DNA of 64,000 bases from Polyangiaceae bacterium. GTDB lineage: Bacteria > Myxococcota_A > Polyangia > Polyangiales > Polyangiaceae. The translations under genes and the position numbers were made by a program. Below are positions 60,801 through 64,000 of this stretch, piece by piece. Location: contig JBILLK010000018.1 in the NCBI GenBank assembly GCA_044376115.1, forward strand, positions 151,338 through 215,337, given 5' to 3'. The notes under the pieces were generated by a model. It ran no database searches, was not told the DNA's origin, and was given only the letters and a program-made list of their open reading frames with translations. Position 1 is the first letter of the stretch; every line of letters begins with the position of its first letter.

Positions 60801-61396
60801 CATGCTTATCTGCCTTCCAGCGTGTGGGTTATCCCGCAGACCGCAGGATGCGCTGGTTCTATCCGCCGAAGGGGAAGTATGACAAGGGTGCTAACTTGGC
60901 ACTCGTCGGTGGGCCCAACGGGCCTAGAGCAACGAACAATGGTGTCGTTACTGGACAGGTTAGTTGGTTGGACAAAGATAACCTTTCTACGAAGACCAAC
61001 CGGCTGACGGGACTTGTAGGTGTTGAAACGACGAACTCAGAAATTGTTCCCCTTTTGCGCGCCGCCGACATCCAGCGCGCACTAAATAGTGTCGCGGGCT
61101 ATTTGGCAGTCATCCTCGCACATGAGCTTGGGCACCTGCTGGGCGCTTCAGCGCCGCGGAGCCTTGGTTCTCAGCCATTCCCAATGCCGGACGGGACAGG
61201 CACTGGTTCATACATGAACCAGGACGACGGTGGGCACGACGTTGATGTAACCTCGACGGGGCTGATGGTGAACGGAAACATGGTGCCGCGTGCTCAACAA
61301 CTGGGAGTCGCCGGACCCGAGCGTTCATTTCGCGCCGTACAAAGCGCTTTCCTAAAGATGGTGTTGCCGAGGGCGATCGACTTCACGTCAGGGTAA
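57875..61396 (+). CDS. Large effector candidate: LysM-like N-terminus, OmpA-like domain, C-terminal HExxH metallopeptidase motif
   Basis: QGEDIEAIARQYG..IWND..N..LR..RKSP..L..GD.INIP; GHTD..S....NFTLAQQRA..V...DRRVELIF; ILAHELGHLLG. Confidence 0.75.
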   Translation: MKQHRFQQGEDIEAIARQYGFYLPATIWNDSSNDALRELRKSPYALATGDLINIPDLQIESVDAADERRHVYQLKGLTRPAFYSRLVPGPDNPAARVAPVFSQPGAIGFDISFVPHLAGALKHVAAAHEGARFQALFTGRGKLAEATLLQSAAYLLIGNKSAWMADALARHDDADLRVLLVWVANVLGIPCDPGSPGDSTSQGFGHALRRLRSALAIKHGASVSRADMELRPEEDLPIIYDAMEETLRAATELSIGGIALARAKIEFLSPLWVDLTRNDGIEGSSAAASLDLVLFDDQVVKATRGPIHPLLAKAASFAYEALLPRQTVTTFKPLRPHRLDFEDIHFGAGRSVFLPTELTAAGPDEHWGITGADVLVAALVYARSRPTQTLIVTGHTDSTSSKLQNFTLAQQRAHSVKLLLTGMEAMEEWAQHAHAEGTQDDANEYLRWAAERFGYGSWPSPFDSPDSARDRRALLAFRRRFNLDVSDYRAMSINHYRPAFTKELQLTGPLSKDDWRGFFQMVQRYISDQSVTSGRIPTERSLKFGADALGCGESHPFNLEQRERKRLALYPDENLGENPADRRVELIFLDADEFALLPSPMLCHPSPAAGACKPELCMLYDQKLFDFQRLSAVPQRGKIEIIERTVMRDKRLFTEDKQELMEEVSGDFTPLLDEKVKILLRVTPPYVPFEGSLQLAIGRRTNSEEKPMSTVATIDWMDPVTKSVFFKLTGPTLLTVEWDGHGTHDVAREYSDRQIFDENTETMVNIPMMEMKYAETPGRVRHGAYFIEHVRMWDKADTGAGEYAPDYEEQNELAMVVQVVLDVWFEDEPWKVLNAVGFGATRDATTVPFVNTYLEAVVLRTHYYLRDANLRFVICRLRARAVGGLLVKIDCAQHWVQVPGEYSETGGEMGPAQHKGETFAMFRLDGAIFKENLFLWYEEFSAAQPNLAEDGKRAYDIVIYSAVLLEDTSKDDGYEACLSAFQRVGYPADRRMRWFYPPKGKYDKGANLALVGGPNGPRATNNGVVTGQVSWLDKDNLSTKTNRLTGLVGVETTNSEIVPLLRAADIQRALNSVAGYLAVILAHELGHLLGASAPRSLGSQPFPMPDGTGTGSYMNQDDGGHDVDVTSTGLMVNGNMVPRAQQLGVAGPERSFRAVQSAFLKMVLPRAIDFTSG

Positions 61397-62304
61397 TGTT
61401 CGTGATAGTCCGACCAATCGCGTGGGCAACGGTTGCCAGAGCCTTGAAATTTTGCGCTAGCTTCATTGCGCTAGCGTTGTGTTCTTGCGTCACGCCCCAT
61501 CCCTACCCACTGAGTGGAATCGCCTGCGGCACACCACTCCCGGAAGATTGCGACCGGCGGGAGAGGCACTACGCAATGCTTCCGAGTAAAGAGCCGACTG
61601 AGGCCGCACCCCAATTTACGCTGCAACGATCGCCTCAAGGGGGGATTGCACGTGGACTTGCGGATCGAGGACTGTGGAGAGAAGCTGCGCCGGAGCTGGA
61701 GAAGATGGCGCGTGGCGACTTTGGAGACTCGCTATTTAATCGCCAATCTGCGGAGTACTACCTCGCTGTTGCCCGCTTTAGTATGCATGACTATGGAGGC
61801 GCCTTTGACTTGGTGCGTCTGATGCTGGCCGATGACATGCACGAACGTGCGTCATCGTCGTTAAGTCTTCTGAGGGGTTGGGCGGCAAACGAGTGTAGGA
61901 CTGGCCCCGCACTGACCTTGCTCGCTCAGTTTCACAATGAGTACTACTGGAGGCGGCAGTCGACGGAACACCGTCCGAGCATCGGGGATGCGCAACTGGA
62001 CGCCCTTACGGCTCGGGGACTGGTAGAGGAAGGACGCGACGATGAAGCGCGCGTACTCTTGACCACTCCGCTAGTGCTGAAGCACTACCCGGAATTCTCA
62101 GCCCAGTGCCAGAGGTTCATTGAATCTCGGCGCGCACATTCAAGCATCACGATGTCGAGTCCGACGCAGCTTCGGCCATGCAGGTGTGACATCGAACCGG
62201 CTCAATGGATGGAAGGTTGCGGATGCGAGTCGCCCCAGTCATTCGTTGCGCCTGATGCGCCGGAGCCCAAGACGTTGCCGCCGCCTGGAGAATCGAACAG
62301 ATGA
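61396..62304 (+). CDS. Lipoprotein, putative immunity protein
   Basis: TAATG coupling, ALALCSC lipobox; paralog of 62793..63878 (P.S.I.CG.PLPEDC, CRT.PAL.LLA, IG.AQ.DALTARGLVE.GR). Confidence 0.7.
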   Translation: MFVIVRPIAWATVARALKFCASFIALALCSCVTPHPYPLSGIACGTPLPEDCDRRERHYAMLPSKEPTEAAPQFTLQRSPQGGIARGLADRGLWREAAPELEKMARGDFGDSLFNRQSAEYYLAVARFSMHDYGGAFDLVRLMLADDMHERASSSLSLLRGWAANECRTGPALTLLAQFHNEYYWRRQSTEHRPSIGDAQLDALTARGLVEEGRDDEARVLLTTPLVLKHYPEFSAQCQRFIESRRAHSSITMSSPTQLRPCRCDIEPAQWMEGCGCESPQSFVAPDAPEPKTLPPPGESNR

Positions 62305-62410
62305 GCGGCCCGCTATTGGTGCCCCGGGCAAGGTTCGCACTCGCTGGATGCGCTCTAGCAGAACCGACCCTTACCCCTAGAACGCCGCCTCTTGTAACCG
62401 CCGAATCGTC

Positions 62411-62791
62411 ATGCAGCACGATAGGTTCCGCGCTGGGGAATACGCTCCGGACTATGAGGAGCAGAATGAGCTAGCGATGGTGGTACAGGTGGTGATTGAC
62501 GTCTGGTTCCAAGGTGAGCCATGGAAAGTGCTTAATGCAGTTGGTTTTGGGGCGACGGAGGAAGCACTCAGCGTGCCGTTTGTATCGATCTATCTGGAAT
62601 CCACCGTTCGTCGCCTGAGGTGGTACTTGCGAGATGCAAACCTTAGGTACATGATATCCCGCACTCAGTCAGACTGTAGAGGCGGCCTGCGAGCAACAGT
62701 CAATTGTGAGCAACATTGGCGGCAAGTAGAGGGGGATTACTCGGAAAGCGGCGATGAATTCGCCGCTTCGCAGAGAATGGGGGAGTCCTAA
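62411..62791 (+). pseudogene. Orphan internal fragment of the 57875..61396 effector
   Basis: AGEYAPDYEEQNELAMVVQVV.DVWF..EPWKVLNAVGFGAT matches the effector around 60271-60630; lacks both the N-terminus and the HExxH region. Confidence 0.8.
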
Positions 62792-62792
62792 A

Positions 62793-63878
62793 GTGAAGCC
62801 GCGTTCGACAATTCGGGCTTCGTTGGCGATGCGGATCGTGATGCTTGGATTCGGAGCTCGGTGCCTTTGGGCCTGTGCAACCCCCGACCCAAACTTTCCG
62901 ATGAGTGACATTTTGTGTGGAGTGCCCTTGCCAGAGGATTGCACCCAACGTCACAAGTCGTTTAAACACCTCTTAAGCAGCGTGCCATCAAAGGTCGAGA
63001 CTGACATCGATTCTAGGTCAGAGGAGGCTCGCACGGCTGCCCGGCAAATGGATCTGGGTCTTTGGATGCAGGCCTCACCGCGGCTGGCGAGAGTGGCACT
63101 TGGCGCGTACGGAGACACTCAAGAGGTTCGGCAGCAAGCCGAACTCTCCTATGCATACACGTTGTATTGGGCTGGCGACCATGGCGGCGGGTTTGACCTG
63201 CTCCAACTCATTCTTTCGCACCGCCGCCCGCATGTCGGGGCGCCCGACGCGCTTTCAATGTTGCCCGGGTGGGCGGCTAGTCATTGCCGAACACGCCCAG
63301 CATTAGAGCTTCTCGCTAGGGACTACGGGCGCACCCTCAGTAGTCGCTTCGGGCCAGCAAACATCGGTCATGCGCAAACCGACGCGTTGACCGCGCGTGG
63401 CCTTGTAGAGTTGGGTCGCGCAGAGGAAGCCGCAGCGCTCTTTAGGACCGCTCATGTCGTAGAGCACTTTCCAGAACTTAGTAGTCAGTGTCTGCGCTAT
63501 ATCGAGACTCATCAAACGAGAATTGAATCGCTCGCGCTGAGACGGCTATTGTCCAGGCCATGTGACTGCGCTTTGGACGTCAATCTAGACGGAACTCCTG
63601 TTGGTCCGCCACGCGACCCGTCCGGCAATTGTGCTTGCGAAGCGTTCCTTCGCGGGTGGCCCACTTCGCCGTTAGGTGAGAATGAGGAGTGGCAGTGTGA
63701 CAACGCCGGCGAACACTGCCGAAAAACCGTGCGACACATCGACCTGCCTCCGCCGGGCCAGTGCCTCTGCGATCCCTCAGGGATACGCTGTGAACGAAGA
63801 GTTGCCCGAGTCGATCGGCAAGATGCCAAAGGCTTTGTCTGGACCAGCGAACTCTGCATGCAGGAAGCTACACCGTAG
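62793..63878 (+). CDS. Lipoprotein, putative orphan immunity paralog
   Basis: LWAC lipobox; homologous to 61396..62304; start uncertain (GTG 62793 or ATG 62829). Confidence 0.7.
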   Translation: MKPRSTIRASLAMRIVMLGFGARCLWACATPDPNFPMSDILCGVPLPEDCTQRHKSFKHLLSSVPSKVETDIDSRSEEARTAARQMDLGLWMQASPRLARVALGAYGDTQEVRQQAELSYAYTLYWAGDHGGGFDLLQLILSHRRPHVGAPDALSMLPGWAASHCRTRPALELLARDYGRTLSSRFGPANIGHAQTDALTARGLVELGRAEEAAALFRTAHVVEHFPELSSQCLRYIETHQTRIESLALRRLLSRPCDCALDVNLDGTPVGPPRDPSGNCACEAFLRGWPTSPLGENEEWQCDNAGEHCRKTVRHIDLPPPGQCLCDPSGIRCERRVARVDRQDAKGFVWTSELCMQEATP

Positions 63879-64000
63879 TGGTTAGCAACTTGGCTCATTG
63901 CGTGTTTGCGATAGCGTTCTCCACGGCTTCGAGTCCAACGTCGAGGTTCGCTATCACGGTAGCTTCACTCTCATTCGGCTGTTCGGTGGATTTGGAGCTC
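63878..64000 (+). CDS. Possible further lipoprotein (3' truncated by window edge)
   Basis: GTG overlaps the TAG stop; frame is open to the end, hydrophobic, with an LSFGC lipobox-like motif. Confidence 0.3.
   Translation, partial: MVSNLAHCVFAIAFSTASSPTSRFAITVASLSFGCSVDLEL

Noticed and set aside
1..64000. Complete T6SS apparatus, prophage, tRNA or rRNA genes
   Set aside because: No Hcp, sheath, baseplate, membrane complex or ClpV genes, no phage structural or integrase genes, and no RNA gene signatures were seen.

Overview
GC-rich bacterial DNA, most likely Myxococcota (Polyangiaceae-like). This is inferred from the Ser/Thr kinase-TPR-lipoprotein triad, a PGRS-like lipoprotein, FGE-sulfatase-domain proteins and many Cys-rich lipoproteins. 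Two orphan type VI secretion (T6SS) spike/effector islands (about 1-23 kb and about 53-64 kb) flank a mostly housekeeping block: typA, a FIST/NosP-hybrid kinase-diguanylate cyclase operon, sucCD, ilvE and pirin. No core T6SS structural genes, rRNA, tRNA or CRISPR array were found. The most notable system is a family of signal-less LysM proteins with a conserved N-terminal carrier (LysM, Pro linker, PWPYP..PTWxCPxGTCxC motif, transthyretin-like domain, PG-binding-like domain). Their C-termini vary: two NlpC/P60-like amidases, one carrier with a separately encoded clan CD/DUF4347-like cargo, and one more divergent OmpA plus HExxH protein. Each is translationally coupled to a lipoprotein immunity candidate, and these lipoprotein genes are being duplicated, shuffled and decayed. 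Both vgrG genes are followed by a protein sharing an uncharacterised helical C-terminal domain, once fused to an apparently inactive ABC-type ATPase. DNA-level oddities include a 94-bp structured insertion splitting the second vgrG, a 32-bp direct repeat bracketing an 8.7-kb effector module, an inverted pair of 47-bp palindromic sites, and a roughly 190-bp hairpin repeat flanking a two-gene lipoprotein cassette.
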